Below are positions 45,715 to 58,085 of a stretch of DNA of 64,000 nucleotides, in pieces. The notes under the pieces were generated by a model that had not been told where the DNA came from, did no database searches, and saw nothing but the letters and a program-made list of their open reading frames with translations. A program made the translations under genes and the position numbers. The number at the start of each line of letters is the position of its first letter. Position 1 is the first letter of the stretch. Source of the stretch: an uncultured Planctomycetaceae bacterium (GTDB lineage: Bacteria; Planctomycetota; Planctomycetia; Isosphaerales; Isosphaeraceae); the NCBI GenBank assembly GCA_963833985.1, contig CAWIAD010000002.1, positions 640,001 to 704,000 of the forward strand, in the 5' to 3' direction.

Positions 45715-47232
45715 ATGTCACGATTGGTTGAGGTCACGGAACTTGTGCTCCGCGACGGCCACCAGAGCCTGCTCGCCACACGGATGGCGACCGAGGACAT
45801 GGTGGCGGCTTGTGAGGACATCGATCAGGCAGGCTACTGGAGCGTGGAATGCTGGGGAGGCGCCACCTACGATTCCTGCATCCGGTTCCTCAACGAGGAC
45901 CCGTGGGAACGGCTCCGCACCTTCCGCAAGCTGATGCCCAACACGCGGCTCCAGATGCTTCTGCGGGGCCAGAACCTGCTGGGCTACCGCCATTACGAGG
46001 ACACGGTCGTGGACCGGTTCGTGGACAAGTCGGCCGAGAACGGGATGGACGTCTTCCGCGTCTTCGACGCACTGAACGACGTACGCAACCTGCGCCGCGC
46101 CATGGATGCGGTGCGCCGCACCGGCAAGCACGCGGAAGGCACCATCTGCTATACCACGTCCCCCTTGCATACCGTCGACAAGTTCGTGGAGATGGCCCAG
46201 CGGCTCAAGGAGATGGGCTCGGACTCGATCTGTATCAAGGACATGGCGGCGCTCCTGCGGCCGCAGCCGGCCTACGACATCGTCAAGGGCATCAAGGAGA
46301 AGTGCGGCAAGGACACCCTGGTCCACGTGCACGTCCACTCCACCACGGGCGTGACGATGGTCAGCCTGATGAAGGCCATCGAGGCCGGCGCCGACATCGT
46401 GGACACGTCGATCTCCTCGCTCAGCCTGGGCCCGGGCCACAACCCCACCGAGGCGTTGGTCGAGATGCTCCAGGACACCGGCTACGGCACGCGGCTGAAG
46501 AAGGACCGCCTGCTCAAGATCAAGGACCATTTCGCCAGGATTCGCCCCAAGTATGCGGCCTTCGAGTCCAAGATCGTCGGCGTGGAGACGGAGATCTTCG
46601 ACAGCCAGATCCCCGGCGGCATGATCTCCAACATGGAGAGCCAGCTCAAGCAGCAGGGCGCCGGCGCGCGCATGAAGGAGGTGCTTACCGAGGTGCCGCG
46701 GGTGCGCGAGGCCGCCGGCTATCCCCCTCTGGTCACCCCTTCGAGCCAGATCGTGGGCACCCAGGCGGTCTTCAACGTGCTCATGGGGTCCTACAAGGCG
46801 CTCACCGGAGAGTTTGCCGACCTGATGCTGGGCTACTACGGCGAGACGATCGCCGCGCGTGATCCGGCCATCATCGAGGCCGCCGCCAAGCACTCCAAGA
46901 AGGAGCCCATCACCACCCGCCCGGCCGATCTGCTCAAGCCCGAGTGGGACGAGCTGCGGGCCCAGGCCATGGGACTGAAGGGCTGCAACGGAACCGATGA
47001 AGACATACTAACATACGCAATGTTCCCCCAGGTGGCGCCGAAGTTCTTCGGCAGCCGGGCCGAAGGGCCCAAGAACGTGGGCAAGGCGGTCTCCGACGCC
47101 GCGGCCGCGGCTCCCAAGCCGGCCGACGGGAAGGCGAAGGCAGGCGATGGGCAGGGACCGATCACCAGCCCCGTCAGCTACGAGATCACCGTCGGAGAGG
47201 TTTCCCACAAGGTGACCGTTCAGCCAGCGTGA
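45715..47232 (+). CDS. Methylmalonyl-CoA:pyruvate carboxytransferase (transcarboxylase) 5S subunit
   Basis: TELVLRDGHQSL, WSVECWGGATYDSCIRFLNEDPWERL, KDMAALL, HVHSTTG, SLGPGHNPTE; closely follows the Propionibacterium 5S sequence as recalled; no fused biotin domain. Confidence 0.9.
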   Translation: MSRLVEVTELVLRDGHQSLLATRMATEDMVAACEDIDQAGYWSVECWGGATYDSCIRFLNEDPWERLRTFRKLMPNTRLQMLLRGQNLLGYRHYEDTVVDRFVDKSAENGMDVFRVFDALNDVRNLRRAMDAVRRTGKHAEGTICYTTSPLHTVDKFVEMAQRLKEMGSDSICIKDMAALLRPQPAYDIVKGIKEKCGKDTLVHVHVHSTTGVTMVSLMKAIEAGADIVDTSISSLSLGPGHNPTEALVEMLQDTGYGTRLKKDRLLKIKDHFARIRPKYAAFESKIVGVETEIFDSQIPGGMISNMESQLKQQGAGARMKEVLTEVPRVREAAGYPPLVTPSSQIVGTQAVFNVLMGSYKALTGEFADLMLGYYGETIAARDPAIIEAAAKHSKKEPITTRPADLLKPEWDELRAQAMGLKGCNGTDEDILTYAMFPQVAPKFFGSRAEGPKNVGKAVSDAAAAAPKPADGKAKAGDGQGPITSPVSYEITVGEVSHKVTVQPA

Positions 47233-47254
47233 GCGAGGAAAGGACAGCCGACTG

Positions 47255-48817
47255 ATGAGTGCCAAGAAGAAGAAGCCGATGGAGGACCTGATCACGGACC
47301 TCCGCGCCAAGCGATCGCAGCTCGAGCAGGGCGGCGGAGCCGATCGCCAGGCCAAGCAGCGGAAAGAAGGCAAGCAGACGGCGCGGGAACGCGTCGACGC
47401 CCTCATTGACCCCGGCAGCTTCGAGGAGATGGGACTTTTTGCCCAGCACCGGCAGACCCTCTTCGGGATGGAGGGGAAGGAGGTCCCGGCCGACGGCGTG
47501 GTCACCGGCGCGGCGTCGATCGACGGCCGGCTGGTCCACCTGGCCAGCCAGGACTTCACGGTTCTGGGTGGTTCAGCGGGCGAGCTGCACAGCCACAAGG
47601 TGGCCGACGTGATGGAGCTGGCCCTGCACACCGGCAGCCCGTTCATCTTCATCAACGACTCGGGCGGCGCCCGCGTGCAGGAGGGGATCGACTCGCTCTC
47701 CGGTTACGGCAGGGTGTTCTTCACCAACGTCGAGCTCTCCGGGGCGGTGCCCCAGATCTCCTTGATCTGCGGGCCCTGCGCAGGAGGGGCCGCCTACTCG
47801 CCGGCCCTCACCGACTTCATCATCATGACCCGCAAGGCCCAGATGTTCATCACCGGGCCCCAGGTCATCAAGCAGGTGACCGGCGAGCAGATCACCGCCG
47901 AGGCCCTGGGCGGCGCCGATGCGCACATGCAGCACTCCGGGGTGATTCACTTCATCGCCGAGGATGACACGGACGCCGTGCACATCTGCAAGCGGCTCCT
48001 GAGCTTCCTGCCGTCGAACAACCTGGAGGAGGCTCCCCGGCTGCACCATGACAACAACGTGGATCCCAACCTCGCCCTGAACAAGATCGTGCCGGTCGAG
48101 CCCAAGCAGGGCTACGACATGCGCGACGTGATCTGCGGCGTGGTCGACCGGGCCGACTTCCTGGAGGTCCAGGCCGGTTACGCACCGAACATGGTGGTCG
48201 GCTTCGGGCGGATCCTGGGGCGCTCCATCGGCATCATCGCCAACCAGCCTTCGGTCCTCTCCGGGGCCATCGACATCAACGCATCAGTGAAGTGCAGCCG
48301 GTTCATCCGCTTCTGCAATGCGTTCAACATTCCCCTGGTCACGTTCGTCGACGTGCCCGGTTTCATGCCCGGCGTGCAGCAGGAGTACGGCGGCATCATC
48401 CGCAACGGCGCCAAGATGCTCTTCGCCTACTCGGCGGCCACGGTGCCCAAGATCCAGATCATCCTGCGCAAGTCGTACGGGGGCGCCCACCTGGCCATGT
48501 GCTCGAAGGACCTGGGGGCGGATCGCGTCTTCGCCTGGCCGACCGCGGAGATTGCCGTCATGGGCGCCGAGGGCGCCGTGGAGATCGTCTTCCGCAAGGA
48601 AGTGGAGGCGGCCGCGGACAAGGCCGCCCGCCGCGCCGAATTGATCGAGACCTACCGCTCAACCTTCTCGACTCCCTACGTCGCCGCCGGCCGCCGGCTG
48701 GTGGACGACATCATCGCGCCGGCCGACACACGTAAACACCTGGCGCAGGCCCTGGAATACTTGCAAACCAAGCGCGACCACCGGCCGCCCAAGAAGCACG
48801 GCCTGATCCCACTGTAA
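47255..48817 (+). CDS. Transcarboxylase 12S subunit (acyl-CoA carboxyltransferase)
   Basis: GKQTARER, ASQDFTVLGGSAGE, DSGGARVQEGIDSLSGY, RKSYGGAHLAMC, KKHGLIPL; follows 5S. Confidence 0.88.
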   Translation: MSAKKKKPMEDLITDLRAKRSQLEQGGGADRQAKQRKEGKQTARERVDALIDPGSFEEMGLFAQHRQTLFGMEGKEVPADGVVTGAASIDGRLVHLASQDFTVLGGSAGELHSHKVADVMELALHTGSPFIFINDSGGARVQEGIDSLSGYGRVFFTNVELSGAVPQISLICGPCAGGAAYSPALTDFIIMTRKAQMFITGPQVIKQVTGEQITAEALGGADAHMQHSGVIHFIAEDDTDAVHICKRLLSFLPSNNLEEAPRLHHDNNVDPNLALNKIVPVEPKQGYDMRDVICGVVDRADFLEVQAGYAPNMVVGFGRILGRSIGIIANQPSVLSGAIDINASVKCSRFIRFCNAFNIPLVTFVDVPGFMPGVQQEYGGIIRNGAKMLFAYSAATVPKIQIILRKSYGGAHLAMCSKDLGADRVFAWPTAEIAVMGAEGAVEIVFRKEVEAAADKAARRAELIETYRSTFSTPYVAAGRRLVDDIIAPADTRKHLAQALEYLQTKRDHRPPKKHGLIPL

Positions 48818-48830
48818 CGAGGTGTTTGCC

Positions 48831-49229
48831 ATGAAAACCGATACGGTGGATCTGGCCAGGGTGGCCAGCACCCTCGAGGACCTGCGCCGGGAACTCTCCG
48901 AGCTTGGCCAGCGCATCGCCACGCTGGAGGCAGCCGTCGCGCCGGCCTCATCCGCTCACGTCACCGCACCGCCCGAGCAGCAGGCCGGAGCCCATGCCGA
49001 TGCCGGCGCTGCCGCGCCCGTGGCGGAAAGTGTGCCGCCTCAGGCCGTCCGTACGGACAGGCTCGACGAGGAGCTTGTCCTGGTCATCAGCGCAGCCATC
49101 GCGGCCTTCCTGGGCAAGAAGCCGCACATCCGGCAAATCCGCCTGATCGGTTCCGCGGCCTGGGCCCAGCAGGGCCGCGTCACGATCCAGGCATCGCATG
49201 CCATCTCGGTTCATTCGGCGAGGAGTTAG
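48831..49229 (+). CDS. Small accessory protein between 12S and 1.3S
   Basis: N-terminal coiled coil, Ala/Pro linker, C-terminal EELVLVISAAIAAFLG...WAQQGR; no N-terminal TM helix. Confidence 0.7.
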   Translation: MKTDTVDLARVASTLEDLRRELSELGQRIATLEAAVAPASSAHVTAPPEQQAGAHADAGAAAPVAESVPPQAVRTDRLDEELVLVISAAIAAFLGKKPHIRQIRLIGSAAWAQQGRVTIQASHAISVHSARS

Positions 49230-49231
49230 CC

Positions 49232-49624
49232 TTGAAACTCAAGATCACTGTGGATGGGAAGCTGTACGAAGCCGACGTCGAGGTCTTCGAGCCGGAACAG
49301 CCCCAGCCAGGTTACTATCCGCCACCCGGGCATGCGCGCGTTCCGGCAGCCGCACCCGTTGCCGCGCCCCCGGCGCCGGTCTCGTCCGGCGCCAGCCCGG
49401 TGGCCGACGAGAGCAAGGTCTGCCGCAGCCCGTTCGCCGGTACGGTGTCCAAGCTCTCGGCCCAGGCCGGGCAGACGATCCTGGTCAACGATGTGCTGCT
49501 CATCCTCGAGGCCATGAAGATGGAAACCGTGATCACCGCGCCCATCGGCGGCAAGGTCGCCAAGATCAACGTGAACGTGGGCGATGCCGTGCAGCAGGGA
49601 CAGGTGCTCGTCGAGTTCGATTGA
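49232..49624 (+). CDS. Transcarboxylase 1.3S biotin carboxyl carrier
   Basis: MKLKITVDGKLYEADVEV, Ala/Pro linker, LEAMKME biotin site. Confidence 0.9.
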   Translation: MKLKITVDGKLYEADVEVFEPEQPQPGYYPPPGHARVPAAAPVAAPPAPVSSGASPVADESKVCRSPFAGTVSKLSAQAGQTILVNDVLLILEAMKMETVITAPIGGKVAKINVNVGDAVQQGQVLVEFD

Positions 49625-49710
49625 ATCCGCGGCCGGCGAGACGCAGGCGGTGGGCCGCGACCCTGGCCCGCCGGCACTCTTCCTGCCGGCCCCTTCTGCC
49701 TGGAGATGTC

Positions 49711-50142
49711 ATGAAATCCGTCAAAGCCATCAACCACATCGGCATCGCAGTCCGCTCCATCGACGCCCAGCGCCCGTTTTACGAGCAGACGCTCGGCGCG
49801 GTCTTCGAGGGCGTGGAGCATGTCGCCGACCAGAAGGTCCGGGTCGGCTTCTTCCGGGTCGGCGACGTGCGGCTGGAGCTGCTCGAGCCGTCCGACCCCA
49901 CCAGCACCATTGCCTTGTTCATCGACAAGAAAGGCGAGGGCCTGCACCACGTGGCCTACACAGTTGAGGACATCGAGGCGCGCATCGCGGAGCTGAAGAC
50001 CACGGGCGTCCGGATGATCGACGAGGCGCCCCGGCCGGGCGCGCACCACACGCGGATCGCCTTCGTCCATCCCAAGAGCTCGTGCAGCGTGCTCACGGAG
50101 CTGTGCGAGCCGGTGGCCGGCCACGAGCCGTCGCCGCACTGA
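49711..50142 (+). CDS. mce: Methylmalonyl-CoA epimerase
   Basis: INHIGIAV, LELLEP, KGEGLHHVAY, PRPGAH, FVHPK, LTELCE. Confidence 0.92.
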   Translation: MKSVKAINHIGIAVRSIDAQRPFYEQTLGAVFEGVEHVADQKVRVGFFRVGDVRLELLEPSDPTSTIALFIDKKGEGLHHVAYTVEDIEARIAELKTTGVRMIDEAPRPGAHHTRIAFVHPKSSCSVLTELCEPVAGHEPSPH

Positions 50143-50679
50143 GCCAGTGTGGGCCGGCCGGGCCGGCGGGCTTGCGGCGCGGGCTCAGCGGCGCCAGTGC
50201 CCGCGGCCGCGGCCGTCGCAAGGTCAGATGCTTGAACGAGCCTGCGGCCGCCCTTAGAATGCAAACGAAATGCGAATCATTCCCCAGGCCGGCGTCGAGG
50301 CGGCCCGGGCCCGGGGAGGGCCCAGGTGAAGCACCCGCCGGGCCAGACCGCCCGGACGCCCCGTGTGGTTGCTCGTCTGGAGGACTTCATGCGAGCGCGA
50401 AGATCCTGCGAGGACGGCGCGGGTCCTCGCATCCTGCCCGGCCCCGCCCCGGACCGAACTCTCCATGACCCGTGATCGGCTCCGCTTCGTGGTCTTGATG
50501 ACTCCGGCACACGGCTTGTCCCTTACCGACGCACGCGCCCTGGCCTACAAGAATCATGGAATCCAGACCGCAGATCGAGGTGCGGGCCTGTCTGCCCCAC
50601 GCAGCCTGGTACGCCGGACCGGCCGGTACGCGACCGTTGGGCTGCTTCCCTGGAACCAGAACAAGAACAGGAAATCTCC

Positions 50680-51381
50680 ATGAGTGAGGTCGCCACGAGT
50701 CCCGCCGCCGGAGCCAAGAGAGCTTACCGGAACCGGCTGGAGCGGATGCTCAACTCCTCGATCGGCCTGAAGATCATCATGGCCCTGACCGGGGTGATCC
50801 TCTCCGGCTTCGTGCTGGTGCACATGCTGGGAAACCTCCAGGTCTACCAGGGCGCGGAGGCGATCAACGATTACGGCAAGCTGCTGCGGAAGGAGCCCGC
50901 GCTGCTCTGGGGCTTTCGCCTCGTCCTGCTGTCGGCGGTCGGGCTGCACATCTGGGCTTATCTCGTGTTGACGCGCAAGAACCTGCATGCGCGGCCGCAG
51001 GCCTACCAGTCGCGCAAATACAAGGAGTCGAGCTTCGCCTCGCGGTCGATGACCATCACGGGGCCCTTGATCCTCGCGTTCATCATCTACCACATCCTGC
51101 ACCTGACGACCGGTACGGTGCATCGCGATTTCGTGGAAGGCGACGTTTACCACAACCTGGTCGTCGGCATGCGGGGCCTCGTCGGCGTCATCTACATCGT
51201 CGCCATGCTCATGCTGGCGTTTCACCTCTGGCATGGGGTCTGGAGCATGTTCCAGACGCTCGGAGTGCCCGAGGGCCGTTATGGCTCGCTGGGCCGGCGG
51301 TTCGCCACCGTCTTCACGATCCTGGTGACGCTCGGGTTCGCCACCGTTCCGCTGGCGGTCCTGATGGGGTATCTGAAATAA
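50680..51381 (+). CDS. sdhC: Succinate dehydrogenase/fumarate reductase cytochrome b subunit
   Basis: [38 protein letters not shown]; five hydrophobic segments. Confidence 0.88.
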   Translation: MSEVATSPAAGAKRAYRNRLERMLNSSIGLKIIMALTGVILSGFVLVHMLGNLQVYQGAEAINDYGKLLRKEPALLWGFRLVLLSAVGLHIWAYLVLTRKNLHARPQAYQSRKYKESSFASRSMTITGPLILAFIIYHILHLTTGTVHRDFVEGDVYHNLVVGMRGLVGVIYIVAMLMLAFHLWHGVWSMFQTLGVPEGRYGSLGRRFATVFTILVTLGFATVPLAVLMGYLK

Positions 51382-51409
51382 CCTTGAAGCGAAGGAAGAG
51401 GAGCGATCC

Positions 51410-53322
<1,913 letters not shown>

Positions 53323-53370
53323 AGCCAAACCGCACTGGACCGCGGCTGAACTCCATAGAGAGGACGATCC

Positions 53371-54171
53371 ATGTCCCAGAATGGCTCTGAACAGACCATC
53401 AACCTGACCTTGAATGTCTGGCGGCAGAAAAACCGCACTTCGCCCGGACGCTTCGAGACTTACTCGGCACGCGACATCAGTACCGACATGTCGTTTCTCG
53501 AGATGCTCGACGTGGTCAACGAACGGCTCATCCTCGACGGGAAGGAGCCGATCGCCTTCGACCACGATTGCCGCGAGGGGATCTGCGGGCAATGCGGGGT
53601 GGTCATCAACGGCGATGCGCACGGCCCAAGGCGCGCCACCACCACCTGCCAGTTGCACATGCGCAGCTTCCACAACGGCGATATCCTGACCGTCGAGCCC
53701 TGGCGCGCCACAGCCTTTCCGGTGATCAAGGACCTGATGGTCGATCGCGGGGCGTTCGACCGGATCATCGCGCGCGGCGGGTTCATCTCGGTGCGCACCG
53801 GCAACGCTCCGGAGGCCAACGACATCCCCATTCCCAAGGAGAATGCCGACCTGTCGATGGACGCGGCCGCCTGCATTGCCTGCGGCGCCTGCGTGGCGGC
53901 GTGCCCGAACGCCTCCGCCATGCTCTTCGTCTCGGCCAAGGCGCAGCACCTCAACCTGCTGCCCCAGGGCGAGCCCGAAAAACAGCGCCGCGTCACCGGC
54001 ATGATCGACCAGATGGACGCGGAAGGCTTCGGCAGTTGCACGAACCACGGCGAATGCGAGGCCGCTTGCCCCAAGGAAATCCGCATGGAGTTCATCGGCC
54101 GCACCAACCGCGACTTCCTCAAGGCTAGCCTGCACAAGGTCCGGCAGGCCGACTCCGCCGGCGCATTGTGA
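53371..54171 (+). CDS. sdhB: Succinate dehydrogenase/fumarate reductase Fe-S subunit
   Basis: [35 protein letters not shown]. Confidence 0.93.
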   Translation: MSQNGSEQTINLTLNVWRQKNRTSPGRFETYSARDISTDMSFLEMLDVVNERLILDGKEPIAFDHDCREGICGQCGVVINGDAHGPRRATTTCQLHMRSFHNGDILTVEPWRATAFPVIKDLMVDRGAFDRIIARGGFISVRTGNAPEANDIPIPKENADLSMDAAACIACGACVAACPNASAMLFVSAKAQHLNLLPQGEPEKQRRVTGMIDQMDAEGFGSCTNHGECEAACPKEIRMEFIGRTNRDFLKASLHKVRQADSAGAL

Positions 54172-54192
54172 GTTGCACGGAAATCTACCGGC

Positions 54193-54954
54193 ATGAGCAC
54201 GCTTCGATTGATTCCAATGGGCGTTGGCGAGGCGTTTACCGCGCGTCATTACACCTCGTGTCTGGCCATCGGAATTGACGATGACTGGATGCTGATCGAC
54301 TGCCCCCATCCGGTCCGCAAGATGCTCGTCGAGGGCTCGACCGCGGCCGGATGCCCCCTCGATCTTGATCGCATCGCCGCCGTGGCGATCACTCATCTGC
54401 ACGCGGACCATTGCTGTGGGCTGAAAGATCTCGGCTATTATTCGTTCTTCGCGCTCGCGCGGCGCGCCCGCTTGCTCATGCACCCGGAGGTCTCGGCGCG
54501 GGCCTGGACCGGGCTGCTTGCGGCCGGTATGGAATTCTCCAGGCCTCACCCCGGCGCCCAACCGGTCCAGAGCCGTTTCGATGACTACTTCGAGCTGCTC
54601 GCACTCGACGGGTCGAGGCCGGTCTGCTGCGGCCCCTTCGCCGTCGAGTGCCGGCCGACAATGCACTCCGTTCCCACGACCGCGCTGCGCATCCAGGCTG
54701 CCGGCCGGACTTTCGCATTCAGTGCCGATACCGCCTTCGACCCGACACTCATCGACTGGCTGGCTGCCGCCGACCTGATCGTCCACGAGGCGACGAGCCT
54801 GGTCCACACGGGCGTGCACACGCCCTACGAGAAGCTGGCCGCTCTTCCCGAAGCCCTGCGCCGGCGCATGCGCCTGACCCACCTTCCCGACGACTTCGAC
54901 AGGGCCTCCAGCGTGATCGAGCCGCTCGAGCAAGGACGCCTTTACGTGGTCTGA
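54193..54954 (+). CDS. MBL-fold metallo-hydrolase
   Basis: THLHADH, FSADT, IVHE, HT and LTH motifs. Confidence 0.85.
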   Translation: MSTLRLIPMGVGEAFTARHYTSCLAIGIDDDWMLIDCPHPVRKMLVEGSTAAGCPLDLDRIAAVAITHLHADHCCGLKDLGYYSFFALARRARLLMHPEVSARAWTGLLAAGMEFSRPHPGAQPVQSRFDDYFELLALDGSRPVCCGPFAVECRPTMHSVPTTALRIQAAGRTFAFSADTAFDPTLIDWLAAADLIVHEATSLVHTGVHTPYEKLAALPEALRRRMRLTHLPDDFDRASSVIEPLEQGRLYVV

Positions 54955-55156
54955 GCATCACAGGCAGGCTTGACACTTCTTTACGATGGCACGGCTGGCA
55001 GGCGGTTAGAATGACTGCCGTTCCCCATCGCTCACACGGCCTCGCGACCGCAGGGCGGGCACGCACGATGATTGACCGGGCGGTTCCGGCCCTGTGAGAA
55101 TTCATGTCCACCGGCAAGCCCATTTCTTCGATCCAATTCACGTGGAGGTACCCGGT

Positions 55157-56356
55157 ATGAAATGCATGGCTGGACTGGCTCTCATCGTCCTGCTGGCCGG
55201 AGCGGCGGTCCGGGGACAGGAAACGCCCTCACCCGCGCTTCTCGTCCTGCACAAGGGCGAGAACGCGATGGCCATCGTCGATCCCGCGACGGGCAAGATC
55301 GCCGGTCACGCGCCGACTGGCCAGGATCCGCACGAGCTGGCCGTTTCCACCGACGGCAAGCTCGCCTTCGCAAGCAATTACAGCGGCTCGACCGAACGTG
55401 GAGGCAACTCGCTCTCCGTCATCGACATCGCGGCGAGGAAGGAACTGCATCACGTGGACCTGACTCCGCTGGGCCGGCCGCATGGATTGTGGTTTGCCGG
55501 CGGCAAGCTTTACTTCACCGCGGAAGCGAACATGGCAATTGGCCGCTATGACCCGGCCACCAACAAGGTGGACTGGCTACTGGGCACCGGCCAGAATCGA
55601 ACGCACATGGTCCTGGTCGGGAAAGACGAGAAAACCATCTATACGTCGAACGTCGAGTCGAACACCATCAGCATCATCGAGCGTGCCGAGCGGCCCCCGG
55701 GCCCTCCAGGAGGCCCAGGCGGGCCACCATTCGGGGGTCCCGGTGGGCCACCACCCGGTGGGCCTCCTCCTGACGGTCCCGGCGGACCTCCTCCTGGCGG
55801 GCCTGGCGGACCTCCTCCTGACGGTCCCGGCGGACCTCCTCCTGGCGGACCCGGCGGACCTGGTGGACCGCCGCGCGGACCTGGCGGACCGCAGGGTGGT
55901 CCAGGGTGGAAGGAGACTCTTGTTTCCGTGGGCCGGGGACCGGAAGGATTTGACGTCACTCCGGACGGCAAGGAGCTCTGGACCGCGCACATGGGAGACG
56001 GCCGCATCTCGGTGATCGACCTGGCCACCAAAAAGGTCATTCAGACGATCGACGCCGGCGCGCGTGGGCCGAACCGATTGAAGTTCACACCGGATGGCAA
56101 GCTCGCCCTTGTCTCCGAGCTTGGCGGCGGAGGATTGATCGTGCTGGAGACAGGCAGCCGGACCGTGACCAGGCGACTGAGGCTCGGCAGAGGGGCCAGC
56201 GGCATCCTCGTCCCGCCGACCGGAGGACGCGCCTATGTCGCGCTGACGGGCGATAATGCGGTGGCGGTCATCGATCTCCAGACGCTGACCGAGGTGAACC
56301 GGCTCAAGACCGGCCGCGGCCCGGACGGCATGGCCTGGCTGGATACGAAGCCTTGA
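55157..56356 (+). CDS. Secreted YVTN/YncE-like beta-propeller protein with internal Gly-Pro repeat
   Basis: Signal peptide; blades GQDPHELAVSTDGK, GRGPEGFDVTPDGK, GPNRLKFTPDGK. Confidence 0.85.
   Translation: MKCMAGLALIVLLAGAAVRGQETPSPALLVLHKGENAMAIVDPATGKIAGHAPTGQDPHELAVSTDGKLAFASNYSGSTERGGNSLSVIDIAARKELHHVDLTPLGRPHGLWFAGGKLYFTAEANMAIGRYDPATNKVDWLLGTGQNRTHMVLVGKDEKTIYTSNVESNTISIIERAERPPGPPGGPGGPPFGGPGGPPPGGPPPDGPGGPPPGGPGGPPPDGPGGPPPGGPGGPGGPPRGPGGPQGGPGWKETLVSVGRGPEGFDVTPDGKELWTAHMGDGRISVIDLATKKVIQTIDAGARGPNRLKFTPDGKLALVSELGGGGLIVLETGSRTVTRRLRLGRGASGILVPPTGGRAYVALTGDNAVAVIDLQTLTEVNRLKTGRGPDGMAWLDTKP
55694..55906 (+). repeat. Coding Gly-Pro repeat (GGPPP[G/D]GP units)
   Basis: 24-nt units such as GGCGGACCTCCTCCTG(A/G)CGG... 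Confidence 0.9.
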
Positions 56357-58085
56357 ACCCGACACCGCTGAAATAGCGATCAGTTGAGGGCAGGCAGTGA
56401 TTTGTCCCTCGTTCCCACGCTCCGCGCTTGTCATTCCCGGAAAACTGCATCCATGCATATGCAATTAGTAGTGTACATGTGCATTGATTCTCGCGCGCTC
56501 AAGCTTTGCTCCCCTTACCAGCAGCCGGAGCACCTTCATGCCGCGCCAGAGCGTGATTCAGCCGGGCATCCCGTCTCGTCGCCGGTTCATATGCCCACCG
56601 AGCCGCCCCAGGGCAAGCAACACGTCTGCCACGGTCTTGAGTCCACGCTCGACCGCCAGACCGAGCACCTCCAGCTCGGGCTCCTCCAGGCCAGTGCTTG
56701 CCGCGGGAGCTCCCGGGAAGCCCTTGCCGAGCTCGCGCAGATCCAGCAGCCGAAGCGCCACCACGCTCATCACGGCGATCGCAGCGAACAATCGGTTGCC
56801 CCGCTCCAGCTGCAAATCCTCAGCCTTCATGCCCGTCTTGAGGCCCTTGTGAAACTCCTCGATCAGAAAGCGTGTGCCGTAGTCCATCACCACCATGATC
56901 GCAGCGCTGAAGCTCTCCGTCGGGCTGTCCGTGTAGAGCACCCATTCCAGCGGCGCGACGCCTTCAGGCGGGTCTTGCTCCCAGACCCGCACGAACCAGC
57001 CGTCGATCGGCTCGCCCGTGCCGGCCGCGCGGCCCGCACGCTCGGGTGCCCGCACGCGCACCGGACCACAACTGATCAGGAGCTTCGCGCGCTGCGCGGC
57101 CTTACCATCGCGGCCACGCAGGTCCAGATACATTCCCCCCACGGACGCCACGCCCACGATGTGCTCGAAGACCAGCCCGAGCCGCTTACCATCGGCCGGA
57201 TTGAGCAGAATGCGATTTTGACTGACCCGGATCACGAAACCGTGGCCTGCTGCGCGACAGGACTCCATGTACTCATGAATATCTGCTTCTCGATCGGCGA
57301 CGCGCACCCAGCGGACCTCCGGGTTCTCTGGTGCCGGGCCAATCCGCTTGCCCGACTCGAGCCAGCGATCCGACTCCCGATCCCGGATCTGCCGTTGCCG
57401 CGATCCGGCCTGTTTCGGCGTGTCGGGATCCCGCGGGATGCGGATGAGGTATTGCTGGTCGGCGAGCCCCAGGATCGTGACCGGGGGCCGACGACCGCTC
57501 GCATCAGGTACGGGCGACGAGTCGGCACGCATCGCAAGGATGGAGTGGAGGAGAAAGCCCTGCTGTCCCGGCTCCGAGTCACCAATCGGCCCAAGCCCGG
57601 GTATTGGCTGCTTGCGATGAGAGAACGAGGGAAACGTGGTGTCTTCGATGAGGAGATATCGCCCCGGTTTGCGGAGTTCGGCCATCACCAGTCGGCGGTG
57701 AGTCGCCTGGATCGCATCGGGGACCACCTCGCGTTCGTCGAGGAGGTCATAGGTCGCGTTGATGTCGTACTTGCGGGTGAACAACTCGGGGATCATCTTC
57801 CCGGGTTGCTCAGCGAGGGCCTCCGCAAACGCCATGAGGCGATTCCTCCTGGTGCAATGGCCGAGCCTGATCCCGTCGAACTGCATCCGAGCCCATTGGG
57901 CGGGCGGGGATTGGTGGACTGACATCCCTGTGAACATAGTTGGCTCCATCCATGACCATGCTGGTAGAATCCAGCCAACCATGTTAACACATTCGCGGGA
58001 ATGACAAGCGCAGAGCGTGGGAACCAGTCTGACGCAAGCCGCTTGCCCCTTTTCGTGAACGCTATTTCGACGGTATTGGGCTCAA
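56353..58085. repeat. Nested inverted-repeat (REP/MITE-like) structure enclosing a transposase
   Basis: Inner arms 56408-56439 / 57996-58027 (30/32 match); outer arms 56353-56382 / 58056-58085 (24/30 match). Confidence 0.85.
56465..57937 (-). pseudogene. IS4-family Tn5/IS50-like transposase with a premature stop
   Basis: WARMQFDGIRLG DNA-binding domain, IEDTT, VADREADI, YGTRFLIEEFHKGLKTG, GRLGGH; TGA at 56558 replaces the W of PGWITLWRG, and the frame continues to TAA 56465. Confidence 0.85.

Noticed and set aside
45715..49624. Na+-translocating oxaloacetate or methylmalonyl-CoA decarboxylase
   Set aside because: There is no membrane beta subunit or TM-anchored gamma/delta subunit in the window; sequence and gene order fit soluble transcarboxylase better.
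50143..50679. Structured ncRNA between mce and sdhC
   Set aside because: Only short GC-rich hairpins (e.g. TGCGAGGAC/GTCCTCGCA) are present, as expected at this GC content, and no known family motif was recognised.
56558..56560. TGA readthrough or recoding in the Tn5-like transposase
   Set aside because: TGA is used as a normal stop throughout the window. A TGG-to-TGA mutation or a base-call error is simpler.
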